In this document: positions 26,906 to 35,262 of the stretch, one piece after another
Numbering within the stretch: position 1 is the first letter of the stretch
Layout: the number at the start of each line of letters is the position of its first letter
Notes under the pieces: generated by a model
The model's input: only the letters and a program-made list of their open reading frames with translations
Told to the model about the DNA's origin: nothing
Database searches by the model: none
Source: a virus
Lineage: Duplodnaviria > Caudoviricetes
DNA: 58,644 bases
Reading direction: 5' to 3' (one strand)
Virus record (IMG/VR): IMGVR_UViG_3300044714_000125
Location: 1 to 58,644 of that record
Position numbers and translations under genes: made by a program

Positions 26906-27256
26906 ATGGCTTATAAGAATCCTCCAAAAGAACACCAATTCAAAAAAGGGCAAAGCGGAAACCCCAAGGGCGCAGCCAGGAAACTTCCGGAACTTGATAT
27001 AATCATAGCCGAGGTAATGGGCGAAGAAAAGGAAGGGATAACTGCCGCACAGGCCATCCTTGCTGCAATGCGAGCCAAGGCCGCTAAAGGTGACGTACGG
27101 GCCGCTGAAATGCTCATGGACCGGGCCTATGGTAAGCCCAAGCAGCGAACGGAAGTCACTGGCCTGGATGGAGCCCCCATTCAAACCGACCTGACCATCA
27201 AGCAACACACGGTCGTATTCAAGAAATTTGGCGATGGAGATCATCCAAACGTTTAA
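26906..27256 (+). CDS. terS: terminase small subunit (DUF5681-like)
   Basis: QFKKGQSGNPKG...DRAYGKP..EVTG.DG; directly upstream of TerL. Confidence 0.75.
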   Translation: MAYKNPPKEHQFKKGQSGNPKGAARKLPELDIIIAEVMGEEKEGITAAQAILAAMRAKAAKGDVRAAEMLMDRAYGKPKQRTEVTGLDGAPIQTDLTIKQHTVVFKKFGDGDHPNV

Positions 27257-28547
27257 TGAGGTCTATGAACCGGTTTTCACCTCCAGCGCCAGATATATCG
27301 ATGTATGGGGCGGCCGCGGGCGCGGGGGCTCTCACTTCGGAACTGAGTATTTTCTGCACCTGATCACCAAGCCGGACTATTTCCGCGGTTATTTCATCCG
27401 CCAAGCGTTCAAGGACATCCGGGATTCCCTGTTTCGAGATTTCAAGGATCGGATCATCGATAATCCAACCGTCAGATTGGAGGATTTCCACATCAATGAC
27501 AATGAGATGCGGATTCAATACAAACCCACCGGTAACATCATCAGCAGCAAGGGGGTTAAGGCGGATAATGAACGGACAGCCAAAATGAAGTCCCTGGCCG
27601 GCGCCACGCACGTCCTGATCGAAGAAGCGGATGAGGTTGGCGAAATGGACTTCGATCAGCTGGATTTATCGCTCAGGACCATCAAAAGCAGTCAGATACA
27701 GATCATCCGGATATTCAACCCGCCAGGGAAAACGCACTGGATATGGCGGGATTACGTGCTGACCGACGCGCGCCTGGTTGACGAAAAAGGGCAGATGATA
27801 AAAGGCTATTTCACCGCTCAGCCTAAAAAGGACGCCAACCTGATCAGCATGTTCTCCAATTACCATGATAACCGAATCAACCTGCAGGACTCCACGGTAG
27901 AGAAATTCGAGTCGTTCAAAGCTAAAAAGCCGGAATACTATTATACGATAATTAGAGGCTTAATAAGCGAGGGCATGCGCGGGAGGATATTCTCTGGCTG
28001 GAAATCGATAACCAACCAGGAATTCAACGAGGTTGAAGCACGGAGCATTTTTGGGCAGGACTTCGGGAACCCGTCGCCGGCGGCGTTGGTAGAGGCCAAA
28101 ATGGTGAATAATCGGATCTATGTGCGGGAGCAGAACTACCAGGGCATGACGGAGAAGCAATTGGCGCTGCTTTATTGCCGCCTGGGGCTGACCGAACAGG
28201 TGATCATCGCGGATTCGGCGGAGCCCATGGCCATCCACCACCTTAGGAACGGTTGGCGTTCGAATGAGCTGGCGGAAGGTGAAGCAAAGACTTATCCACA
28301 ATTGTTGAAAGGTTGGGCGATCTACCCGGCATTTAAAGGCCCCGGGTCGATCATCACCGGGATCAAGAAAGTGATGGACTTTGAAGTTTTCGTGACTGAA
28401 GAAAGTTCAAACATCTGGATGGAATTCCGGGAATACAGGTGGGCATTGGATCGCAATAAAAACCCCTTGGACGAACCGGAAGACGCTAATAATCACGCGT
28501 GTGACGCTATACGGATGATCATCGCCGGGAAGGGCCGCTATTACTAA
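27234..28547 (+). CDS. terL: terminase large subunit, PBSX family
   Basis: Walker A GGRGRGGS, Walker B LIEEADE, FNPP, nuclease DFG, ADSAEP, NNHACDAIR. Confidence 0.95.
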   Translation: MEIIQTFNEVYEPVFTSSARYIDVWGGRGRGGSHFGTEYFLHLITKPDYFRGYFIRQAFKDIRDSLFRDFKDRIIDNPTVRLEDFHINDNEMRIQYKPTGNIISSKGVKADNERTAKMKSLAGATHVLIEEADEVGEMDFDQLDLSLRTIKSSQIQIIRIFNPPGKTHWIWRDYVLTDARLVDEKGQMIKGYFTAQPKKDANLISMFSNYHDNRINLQDSTVEKFESFKAKKPEYYYTIIRGLISEGMRGRIFSGWKSITNQEFNEVEARSIFGQDFGNPSPAALVEAKMVNNRIYVREQNYQGMTEKQLALLYCRLGLTEQVIIADSAEPMAIHHLRNGWRSNELAEGEAKTYPQLLKGWAIYPAFKGPGSIITGIKKVMDFEVFVTEESSNIWMEFREYRWALDRNKNPLDEPEDANNHACDAIRMIIAGKGRYY

Positions 28548-28858
28548 TTCCGCCCAAATTCCGGAAATTCCGATAATTCCGGTCGTTCTTTCTGCCACAA
28601 CATGCAATCCGCATGCGGCCGGAACCGTTTGACGTCAAACCACCAGGCCCCGTCGTCATAGACCGCCTGGCAGCCGCAAACGACCTGAAACCGCTCCCGA
28701 TCGAGAGTTATCCCCACATCCACGAAGATTGCCCCGCAGCGGCATTGTTTGAGCCCCTGGACGCGGTATTCCGTTCCAACCCGCAGCGGGCAGCGGAGAA
28801 TGTCCGTCCGAAGGGTGCGGTTGTTGATGCAAAGGATGGTTTGGCCGAGCTGGATCAT
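28544..28858 (-). CDS. Cys-rich hypothetical protein
   Basis: CRCG / CGC motifs; ATG a few nt downstream of a TACTTTCG box. Confidence 0.65.
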   Translation of the reverse strand: MIQLGQTILCINNRTLRTDILRCPLRVGTEYRVQGLKQCRCGAIFVDVGITLDRERFQVVCGCQAVYDDGAWWFDVKRFRPHADCMLWQKERPELSEFPEFGRN

Positions 28859-28923
28859 GGGCCGAAAGTAAATTAAAATGCCAAAAAACACGGGCTTTTG
28901 TCTTTTTTGTCGCATTTACGATT

Positions 28924-28931
28924 TACCTTTA
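28924..28931 (+). promoter_or_regulatory. -7-like promoter box for the coiled-coil gene/ncRNA unit
   Basis: TACCTTTA; divergent TACTTTCG at 28870-28863. Confidence 0.5.
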
Positions 28932-28961
28932 CAACTCACAATTAAAAACTCAAAATTCAAC

Positions 28962-29585
28962 ATGGACAAAATGACCATTCACCGCGCACTCAGCGAGCTA
29001 AAGCTGATTGACGCCAAGATTGAAAAGGCCACGGCCCAGGTAAACCCGTCGGGCATTTATCAAAAAGGACGGCACATCAACGGCTCAATTCCCGAGGAAG
29101 ATTTCAAGACGCTGGCGCAATCCACCTACGATTCCTGTATTGATCTGATGGCCCGCAAAACTGCCATCAAATCGGCGATCGTTCAAAGTAACGGGCGAAC
29201 GACTGTGAAGATCGGCGACAAGGTGATGACCGTCGCGGACGCCATCACAGCCAAGGCCATCATCAAGTTCAAAAAGGCGTTCATCGCCAACCTAACGAAC
29301 CGGCATCGCGCCCAGGTGGCAGCATTGAATACCAACAACTCGGTGGTGATGCAGAACGCCCAAAAGCTACTGGAAGCCGCTATGGGGAAAGACAACACCA
29401 AAGTGACCAAAGAGGACGTCGAGGCCATCCGAAAGCCGTTCATCGACAACAACGAGTTTCATCTGTTCGATCCCCTGAAGATCGAAGACAAGATTAAGGT
29501 CCTGGAAAAAGAGGTCGGCGACTTCGAGGCGGATGTCGATGCAGTCCTTTCCGAATCTAATGCCGTAACATTCATAGAATTCTAA
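28962..29585 (+). CDS. alpha-helical coiled-coil protein (DIP1984/DUF6847-like by recollection)
   Basis: MTIHRALSELKLIDAKI...K.AI..SN..T.V.I....MTVADAI...F...VD..LSESNA.T.I. Confidence 0.85.
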   Translation: MDKMTIHRALSELKLIDAKIEKATAQVNPSGIYQKGRHINGSIPEEDFKTLAQSTYDSCIDLMARKTAIKSAIVQSNGRTTVKIGDKVMTVADAITAKAIIKFKKAFIANLTNRHRAQVAALNTNNSVVMQNAQKLLEAAMGKDNTKVTKEDVEAIRKPFIDNNEFHLFDPLKIEDKIKVLEKEVGDFEADVDAVLSESNAVTFIEF

Positions 29586-29589
29586 ACAA

Positions 29590-29929
29590 TATTGGCCGGT
29601 CATACGAAAACGGTAAATTCTATTCCCGTCGCTCCTTCTGGGTTAACAATGGAGTACCAAATTGCTAATTTTGGACAATCTTTGTATTCTAGGTTCGAAT
29701 CCTGGCGTGTCGATGAAAATCGGCGTGTGGCGGAACGGTAAACGCAAAAGACAAACAAACCCTAAAAGCTTACGGCTCAAAGGTTAAAGGTCAAACCTCA
29801 CCGCTCAAAGTTCTTTCCGATCAAAGATGAAACCTAAAAACGCAAAGCTCTTTCAAACCCTGTATAAATTTTCATGGGGACTAATAGACCACCCCTGCCG
29901 TTTGATCCAGGCTGTATGGCCGGCCAATA
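29590..29929 (+). ncRNA. ~340-nt end-paired structured RNA with permuted tRNA-like domain and 7-nt repeats
   Basis: 16-bp terminal helix 29590-29605/29914-29929; 8-bp helix 29608-29615/29896-29903; T-arm, capped acceptor stem, D-arm; no ORF. Confidence 0.8.
29765..29850 (+). repeat. 7-nt-period array, consensus AAAGNTC
   Basis: AAAGCTT ACGGCTC AAAGGTT AAAGGTC AAACCTC ACCGCTC AAAGTTC [9 nt] AAAGATG AAACCTA AAAACGC AAAGCTC. Confidence 0.8.
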
Positions 29930-29947
29930 CTTTTAAAAGATATCAAC

Positions 29948-30253
29948 ATGAACTGTCTGAATTGTGGAGAACCACTTGAACAAACCCCTGGAAAGAAGGA
30001 GAAGCAGTTCTGCAATGTCTCCTGCCGGTCGAGCTTCCACCAAAAGAAAAAGCGGGCTGAAGCGAAGACCGCCCCCTTCCAGGAACGCGTAGTCGAGCAG
30101 AAGAAGACCGATCCGGTCACCCTGCCGCCGTCGCCTCGGCAACTAATCAGACGCGAGCCTCCGCCGGTAATGCCGGCCGGGTTGACTCCTTTGCAGCAGC
30201 AGGCCTGGAAGGCGAAACAGCGGAAAAAGTTACAGGAAAATCGACTCAAATGA
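29948..30253 (+). CDS. Zn-finger hypothetical protein
   Basis: CLNCG...FCNVSCR. Confidence 0.7.
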   Translation: MNCLNCGEPLEQTPGKKEKQFCNVSCRSSFHQKKKRAEAKTAPFQERVVEQKKTDPVTLPPSPRQLIRREPPPVMPAGLTPLQQQAWKAKQRKKLQENRLK

Positions 30254-30663
30254 TAAAGGCAAGCGAATTGAGGATCGGCAACAAGATCAACGCCATTTCA
30301 TCGTTAGAGGGGGCCCCTGTTGGCATTATCGAGGTGATGGAAATATACCGCAATGGCGTTGATTCTACAAAGTACATGGAATATGCTCCGGATTATCCGT
30401 TTGGATACCCCTGCTATCCTTTTGAAGGGTTGGAGGGCATTCCCCTGACGCCGGAGATTCTCGAAAAGTGCGGGTTTGTATTCAATCACTATTGGCAAAG
30501 CAAGATGGTGGACCTTAGTCAGGACAAAGACGGATTTTTTCTTTGCGCCGAAGACCCTCATGAAGGAGATATCTATAGACTCAGCAAAGGATTCCATTTC
30601 TTCCACCAGCTGCAGAACCTTTTCTTCGCGCTGACCGGTGAGGAGCTAATTGTAAAGCTATGA
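30250..30663 (+). CDS. Bacteroidota-phage hypothetical family protein
   Basis: ELRIGN...IPLTPEILEKCGF...HQLQNLFFALTGEEL; paralog at 37131..37580. Confidence 0.8.
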   Translation: MIKASELRIGNKINAISSLEGAPVGIIEVMEIYRNGVDSTKYMEYAPDYPFGYPCYPFEGLEGIPLTPEILEKCGFVFNHYWQSKMVDLSQDKDGFFLCAEDPHEGDIYRLSKGFHFFHQLQNLFFALTGEELIVKL

Positions 30664-30893
30664 GTAGAATACCATTGGGAGTTTTGGATATGAGCAGCGA
30701 CCAACCGCATGTGAATAACGAATGCCCGTTTTGCGATCACGTCTGGATGGATAAAGTAAAACCATCAGGCCAATGCCCGAACTGCGGACATGCCTACGCC
30801 ATGAAAGAGACGCCGGACGGTGCCGTTTCGATCAGTTGGACCGCAACCGCCGAAGAAGTTGCCATTTTTAAGGCCAGAACAGGCCGAACTTAA
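30660..30893 (+). CDS. Zn-ribbon protein
   Basis: CPFC...CPNC. Confidence 0.65.
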   Translation: MSRIPLGVLDMSSDQPHVNNECPFCDHVWMDKVKPSGQCPNCGHAYAMKETPDGAVSISWTATAEEVAIFKARTGRT

Positions 30894-30905
30894 ACCCCTT
30901 CAACA

Positions 30906-31001
30906 ATGAAAAATTACCAGCATCTCATTATTGTCATCGTCCGCTCCCTGGTTATCGGCGCGGCCCTGGCTTATGCTCTTTATGTCTTAACGCAGGGATA
31001 G
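30906..31001 (+). CDS. 31-aa membrane peptide
   Basis: hand-translated MKNYQHLIIVIVRSLVIGAALAYALYVLTQG. Confidence 0.4.
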   Translation: MKNYQHLIIVIVRSLVIGAALAYALYVLTQG

Positions 31002-31288
31002 ACTCGCTCCCAATAAAAACCGTAGGCAACTATACCCATTTACACGCAAACAGCAAAAAATGAAAAAAATCACTTTCGGATTGAGGATTTTCCGGAATCC
31101 ATGGGACAAAGATATATTTGTCGCGCGTTTAATTGCTGCGGCTGCGATTGCTTATATTTCTCTTGTCCTATTGCTTGTTTTCGCAACTCTTGCATTTGCA
31201 ATTTATTTAATTTGTAATTCTCTTCCGTTATAAACAATGCAACCAGCGACACAGCATATTTTCATGTAACGGTCTGTCACAATGATGG

Positions 31289-31513
31289 TCATACAAAGAC
31301 AAGAGCAACAAACCTGTGGACCTTTCGGGAAACAGCTTTGCGATTAATGGTCGGAAGTGAGAATTGTAAATATCCGTGAGGATCTTTGCTCAGTTTTAAA
31401 ATCCTCACCGACGACCTGTAATTTTCTCTGGGGAGAGACTTTATGCGGCCGTGAGAACTGATCATGTATTTGCCGTCCTGACCAGGAAAATCTTTCCAAA
31501 TTTCTTGTTCCAT
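31289..31513 (-). pseudogene. truncated NUMOD4 homing-endonuclease gene (no HNH core)
   Basis: EIWKDFPG...Y.ISSHGRIKSL...GYL...KVHRFVA.VF then stop. Confidence 0.7.
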
Positions 31514-31623
31514 AAAAAAATAAGCCAGCATGCGATTGCGGCACACACTGACCTATTTTTGGCTAACTAATTAACCGGGTTCATCCGCAATATGTACCCG
31601 ATTATGATTGCCTTAAAGGTAAA

Positions 31624-32256
31624 CTATTTGCGTTTAAATCCACAGCTTAAAATATTCCAATCCGTCTCGCGACGCCGAACAATGTCTTCATGCTTTGATG
31701 ATGCGAAAAGCCTCCATCCCATCTTCCACATCCATTTTTGAAGCGAATCCAGGGTATAATAGTGAAGGTGTTCGTCCTTTTTTTTGTGACACCATGTCGC
31801 GAACTTTTCAATGCCTGGATAGAATGGAAGGCTGATGATCACCGTGGTGCATCTCATATCCTTTATAAACTGGGTGTTGGGGTAGTGCTCTAGCGAATCA
31901 AAAAAGCACGCAACATCGACGACAATGTTGATATCCTGGGTAAAATCACACCCCGCCGGCACCGGGACGCCGGAAATATCGTGTCCGTAGACGACCGGGA
32001 TCTGTTTCTTGGCGAACTTCATAAAAGCGCCGTTTCCGAAACCTATGTCCAGGATGGACTGGATCGGCCGCCCGTGCACCCCCGTGGCGAAAGCCAGCCG
32101 CATGCCCTGCAGGAGTTCGTTCTGTCGGGTATATTCCGGCGTGTCGTAGGTCGCGCAATAGTTTCCATCATACAAAAACGGCTGCGGATCGACCTGGTGG
32201 ATTACACCGTACCTGTCTGTCTTATATTCGGCTCCGTCAATCTTGAACTTTCTCAT
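31624..32256 (-). CDS. class I SAM-dependent methyltransferase (glycan/small-molecule type)
   Basis: ILDIGFGNG, FFDSLEH, EHLHYY. Confidence 0.85.
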   Translation of the reverse strand: MRKFKIDGAEYKTDRYGVIHQVDPQPFLYDGNYCATYDTPEYTRQNELLQGMRLAFATGVHGRPIQSILDIGFGNGAFMKFAKKQIPVVYGHDISGVPVPAGCDFTQDINIVVDVACFFDSLEHYPNTQFIKDMRCTTVIISLPFYPGIEKFATWCHKKKDEHLHYYTLDSLQKWMWKMGWRLFASSKHEDIVRRRETDWNILSCGFKRK

Positions 32257-32432
32257 TGCAAATTGCCCTTTATTATGATCTGGATTAATTTATCTTCATC
32301 GCCTGCAAATTCGGTAAACTGACGAATCGCTTCCATAATGGAATCGGCTTTCGTTTTGAAATACCAGATTAAAGGCGCTGTATACCCATTAACCTCCAAA
32401 GTATCATGGTAATAAAAAAGGTATTCGTTCAT
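32253..32432 (-). CDS. hypothetical protein
   Basis: MNEYLFYY start at ATGA overlap within track ORF 32253..32561. Confidence 0.5.
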   Translation of the reverse strand: MNEYLFYYHDTLEVNGYTAPLIWYFKTKADSIMEAIRQFTEFAGDEDKLIQIIIKGNLQ

Positions 32433-33154
32433 ATTGAATGATCCCATTTTGTATACGTTCGACAATTTGTTTTCGTGCTCTTGTAGGCGCAATAGTGGTC
32501 TTTGCCAATCCCTTGCGCGATCGCTAACGCAATTCCCTGGTTGCAATACAAGGCCGTGCAACCGTGGATCATAACGGCCAATTCCAGGAAATCGGGCGTG
32601 TGCAGATGTGGAACTTCATCATCGCCGACAAGGGACCGGAATTCCTGCCAATCCGAGTCGAACCCCACGAAGTAGCCTTTATGCCGTCCATGATCCCACC
32701 AAGCCGTCTTCCAATCGAACGCGTTTTCCCTCCAACGCGGGGTCAGCGACCAAATCGTATATGGCTGCGAGAAGCTATGAAACCGGCTTTTCCATCCTTC
32801 GGTCCGGAGCCATGGCGTCCGCGGTGTGCAGCCTCTCAGATGCCAGTAATTAGCCATGCTCGCCATTATATGCCATCTTCCCCGCATCTTGCAGGCGCGC
32901 CATTCGTCCATGTTGACGTCATATTTGGCATCCGGGGGAAAGTTGTGGAACTGGGCTTTGCCATCGTCAACGCATGGGTCCACGGCAAACCCTTGGCTTT
33001 CGAGGAGGGGCTTAATGCTGCTGTAAAGGCTGCCAAATCCAGGCGGATAGAACGATTCTTTGACGATGACCCGGTCCACCCCCATCGCCCTAAAGATCGG
33101 GATCGAGAACACCAGGTCCCCCCCACCCCCACTCGATATGGCTGTTCTGCTCAT
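32429..33154 (-). CDS. GT-B glycosyltransferase, family 9-like
   Basis: N-terminal GGGGDLVFSIP; C-terminal DFLELAVMIHGC...CNQG.ALAIAQG. Confidence 0.7.
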   Translation of the reverse strand: MSRTAISSGGGGDLVFSIPIFRAMGVDRVIVKESFYPPGFGSLYSSIKPLLESQGFAVDPCVDDGKAQFHNFPPDAKYDVNMDEWRACKMRGRWHIMASMANYWHLRGCTPRTPWLRTEGWKSRFHSFSQPYTIWSLTPRWRENAFDWKTAWWDHGRHKGYFVGFDSDWQEFRSLVGDDEVPHLHTPDFLELAVMIHGCTALYCNQGIALAIAQGIGKDHYCAYKSTKTNCRTYTKWDHSI

Positions 33155-33399
33155 TCGGTCACTGGATTATCTCTGTAAACATGGATTTTGTAGCTTTCTT
33201 CGCCGAGGAAGTGAAAAAACTTCATCACGTTGTCGCAGGTGCCGATGACCTGGTAATCCGCCCATCCTCGATATGATGAGCCTTCCGGGATAAACACATG
33301 CACATTTGTCTCAGCGCCTTCCTCCAATGTGTCCTTATTGGCAAGGAAAGTCTCAAACCGTGCAACTTGGTCACGCCAAATGGAGAATCTTATTGTCAT
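33151..33399 (-). CDS. hypothetical protein
   Basis: ATGA-coupled on both sides. Confidence 0.65.
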   Translation of the reverse strand: MTIRFSIWRDQVARFETFLANKDTLEEGAETNVHVFIPEGSSYRGWADYQVIGTCDNVMKFFHFLGEESYKIHVYRDNPVTE

Positions 33400-33932
33400 A
33401 AATGAGCGATTAAAATTCCGTCAATAATAGGGTTTGCGGCCATGGTGAACTTGTACGCCGGGTTGATCTGAAGGATGGCGTTTTTAACGTCGTTCTTCGA
33501 ATAGCCGACGCGATCCCGGTAGAAGATGTGCCAATCATCCACAATCAGCGTATGGGTCTTTATAGGGTGCCGGCCGATCTGTTCCAACTCTTTCAACAGC
33601 GGGAACGGATTGGCGCCGGGCTCTTCGTTTTCAAAGAATTGCCAGTGTGCATCTAAAAAAACCGTCATCGGTTCATGGATGTCCTTGATCATCTCCCAAA
33701 GCATCTCGGCGCTGTCCCCTGTGAAGCACTTGATGTCCAGGTGCGTGTTCTTCGTCAGCCAGAACCGGTTGGAGCAGAAGATCGCGGCCTCCGGGTCGAT
33801 GTCAATGGTGCGGATGTGCTCGAAGCCGGCATCGAGGGCGGCGGCAACGGCATCGCTACGATATGTTCCCGTCTCCACAAAATAGGCGTTCAGGTATTTG
33901 GCCAGGAGGTTATATGAAGGGGGCAAACTCAT
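33396..33932 (-). CDS. class I SAM-dependent methyltransferase (Methyltransf_24-like)
   Basis: FVETGTY, TIDID, GDS..ML, FLDAH, LIVDD. Confidence 0.8.
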   Translation of the reverse strand: MSLPPSYNLLAKYLNAYFVETGTYRSDAVAAALDAGFEHIRTIDIDPEAAIFCSNRFWLTKNTHLDIKCFTGDSAEMLWEMIKDIHEPMTVFLDAHWQFFENEEPGANPFPLLKELEQIGRHPIKTHTLIVDDWHIFYRDRVGYSKNDVKNAILQINPAYKFTMAANPIIDGILIAHL

Positions 33933-34177
33933 GTTACTTTGATTAAAGTTTTATCGTCCATTGCTTTACGAATCCAGCGCATAAAGGTCAGTGCCTTTTC
34001 AGTGGCCGGAAGCGTTGTTGATTTCACGTCTTCCAGCGGCACCGGGAAAGTGAAGAATCGCTTTCCATTGCTGACCAGAAAATAGTAAAAAACGCCATTG
34101 CGAAAATGGTCAAACTCAACGGAGTTGCCTTTCACTAATGCTTTGATTTCGAGCGGCAATTCTGCCATATCAGTCAT
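33929..34177 (-). CDS. conserved phage hypothetical protein
   Basis: F.VP.ED....T....EKA..FMRWIRKA; start re-called. Confidence 0.7.
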   Translation of the reverse strand: MTDMAELPLEIKALVKGNSVEFDHFRNGVFYYFLVSNGKRFFTFPVPLEDVKSTTLPATEKALTFMRWIRKAMDDKTLIKVT

Positions 34178-34353
34178 TTGCAGGGACAATTTAAGCGGAT
34201 GAAGAAATGCCAAGCCAACAGTGAAAAAGCCATAATGCCGATCAAAATCAGGCATAATTTAAAGGAAGGCCAGAATAAGCCGCCGTCCTCTTTGATAAGA
34301 TGCGGATGGGATGGGATAATATCATCATCCTCAATTCCCGGAAGTTTGCTCAT
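34174..34353 (-). CDS. 59-aa membrane protein
   Basis: hand-translated MSKLPGIEDDD...LCLILIGIMAFSLLAWHFF; ATGA-coupled on both sides. Confidence 0.6.
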   Translation of the reverse strand: MSKLPGIEDDDIIPSHPHLIKEDGGLFWPSFKLCLILIGIMAFSLLAWHFFIRLNCPCK

Positions 34354-34601
34354 ACCTTCACCATTTTTTCAAATTCTTCAATCGTTTCGACCTTGAACAT
34401 CGCCGCCCAGAAGTACACCCAGAAGTAGGCTCCATCGTATAAAACCGCTATTTCCCCCTTCCAGTAAGCGTTCCCGTCGTTCTCGTAGCCCTCCCGCTTT
34501 AGGTAGGCACTGTTCATCGGGCGGGGCAGCGGATCGGGAGGTTCATGGAGATATTCCACAAGGACAGGTGTTTCGCCGCGATATTCTATCTTACGCCTCA
34601 T
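34350..34601 (-). CDS. hypothetical protein
   Basis: start re-called at ATGA overlap. Confidence 0.6.
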   Translation of the reverse strand: MRRKIEYRGETPVLVEYLHEPPDPLPRPMNSAYLKREGYENDGNAYWKGEIAVLYDGAYFWVYFWAAMFKVETIEEFEKMVKV

Positions 34602-34972
34602 AACAGGGTAAGCATTTGCAGTCCTTTGAAGATGGAGCCAGTAAGCTGAATGTCCACCGTCGCCGGCTCCCCTTTGCAACATCGTAAATATTGAGCCCAT
34701 ACGACGCCGTTCTTTATGTAGCCATACTGGACTGTAAAAAGATTAGGATTGCCATATTGCTTTAATTCACTGGATTGGCGTTCGATTATGTCTGGTCGTT
34801 GATATTGACCCTCCAACAAGGTACCGAAGGCATACTTAATCAAATGGCGATCCCTTACGCCATGCTGATTGACGCAGCCCCTACAAGCACACGGCCCTCC
34901 AGCGGCGCAAAATCGAAGAAACTCGATTGGCAATCCGTCAAGATATTGCTTCATTTTCTCGTGGTGGTTCAT
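34598..34972 (-). CDS. hypothetical protein with Cys cluster
   Basis: C...GPCACRGC. Confidence 0.65.
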   Translation of the reverse strand: MNHHEKMKQYLDGLPIEFLRFCAAGGPCACRGCVNQHGVRDRHLIKYAFGTLLEGQYQRPDIIERQSSELKQYGNPNLFTVQYGYIKNGVVWAQYLRCCKGEPATVDIQLTGSIFKGLQMLTLL

Positions 34973-35262
34973 TTTGAATATTCGATTATGGTCCTATATG
35001 GATTGATCCGTGTTTTTTTTCCATCTTCATCGATTGTATAAATGCACATTCCCACTAATATTTTATCTATCTTAAGTTGATCTTCAACCGTTCTTTCTTT
35101 TCCGGGCGGATGCTGGGCGAGAAATTCCAGATCGGGGGGCAATTTATTCCAATGCTCTTTTTTCTTTTTCTCTCTGCTATTACCGGCCCAGATCACAAGG
35201 CACAAAAATGAGCACAATAAAAAAAGTAATACAATTATAGCGGGCAGCAATATGGTTTTCAT
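34969..35262 (-). CDS. N-terminally anchored membrane protein
   Basis: MKTILLPAIIVLLFLLCSFLCLVIW; ATGA-coupled. Confidence 0.65.
   Translation of the reverse strand: MKTILLPAIIVLLFLLCSFLCLVIWAGNSREKKKKEHWNKLPPDLEFLAQHPPGKERTVEDQLKIDKILVGMCIYTIDEDGKKTRINPYRTIIEYSK

Noticed and set aside
29655-29751. Ordinary tRNA gene or two decayed tandem tRNAs
   Set aside because: No upstream acceptor 5' strand or downstream T arm; the two halves pair with each other through a GAAA-capped stem. Decayed tandem tRNAs cannot be fully excluded.
29590-29929. Canonical Ro60-associated Y RNA or tmRNA
   Set aside because: No Ro60/TROVE gene in the window, no tag ORF or CCA end, and the 7-nt array is not a feature I know from either class; an Rfam search is still needed.
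31070-31252. Frameshifted HNH half of the NUMOD4 gene
   Set aside because: The downstream frames I translated show no HNH motif, so the gene is truncated rather than frameshifted.
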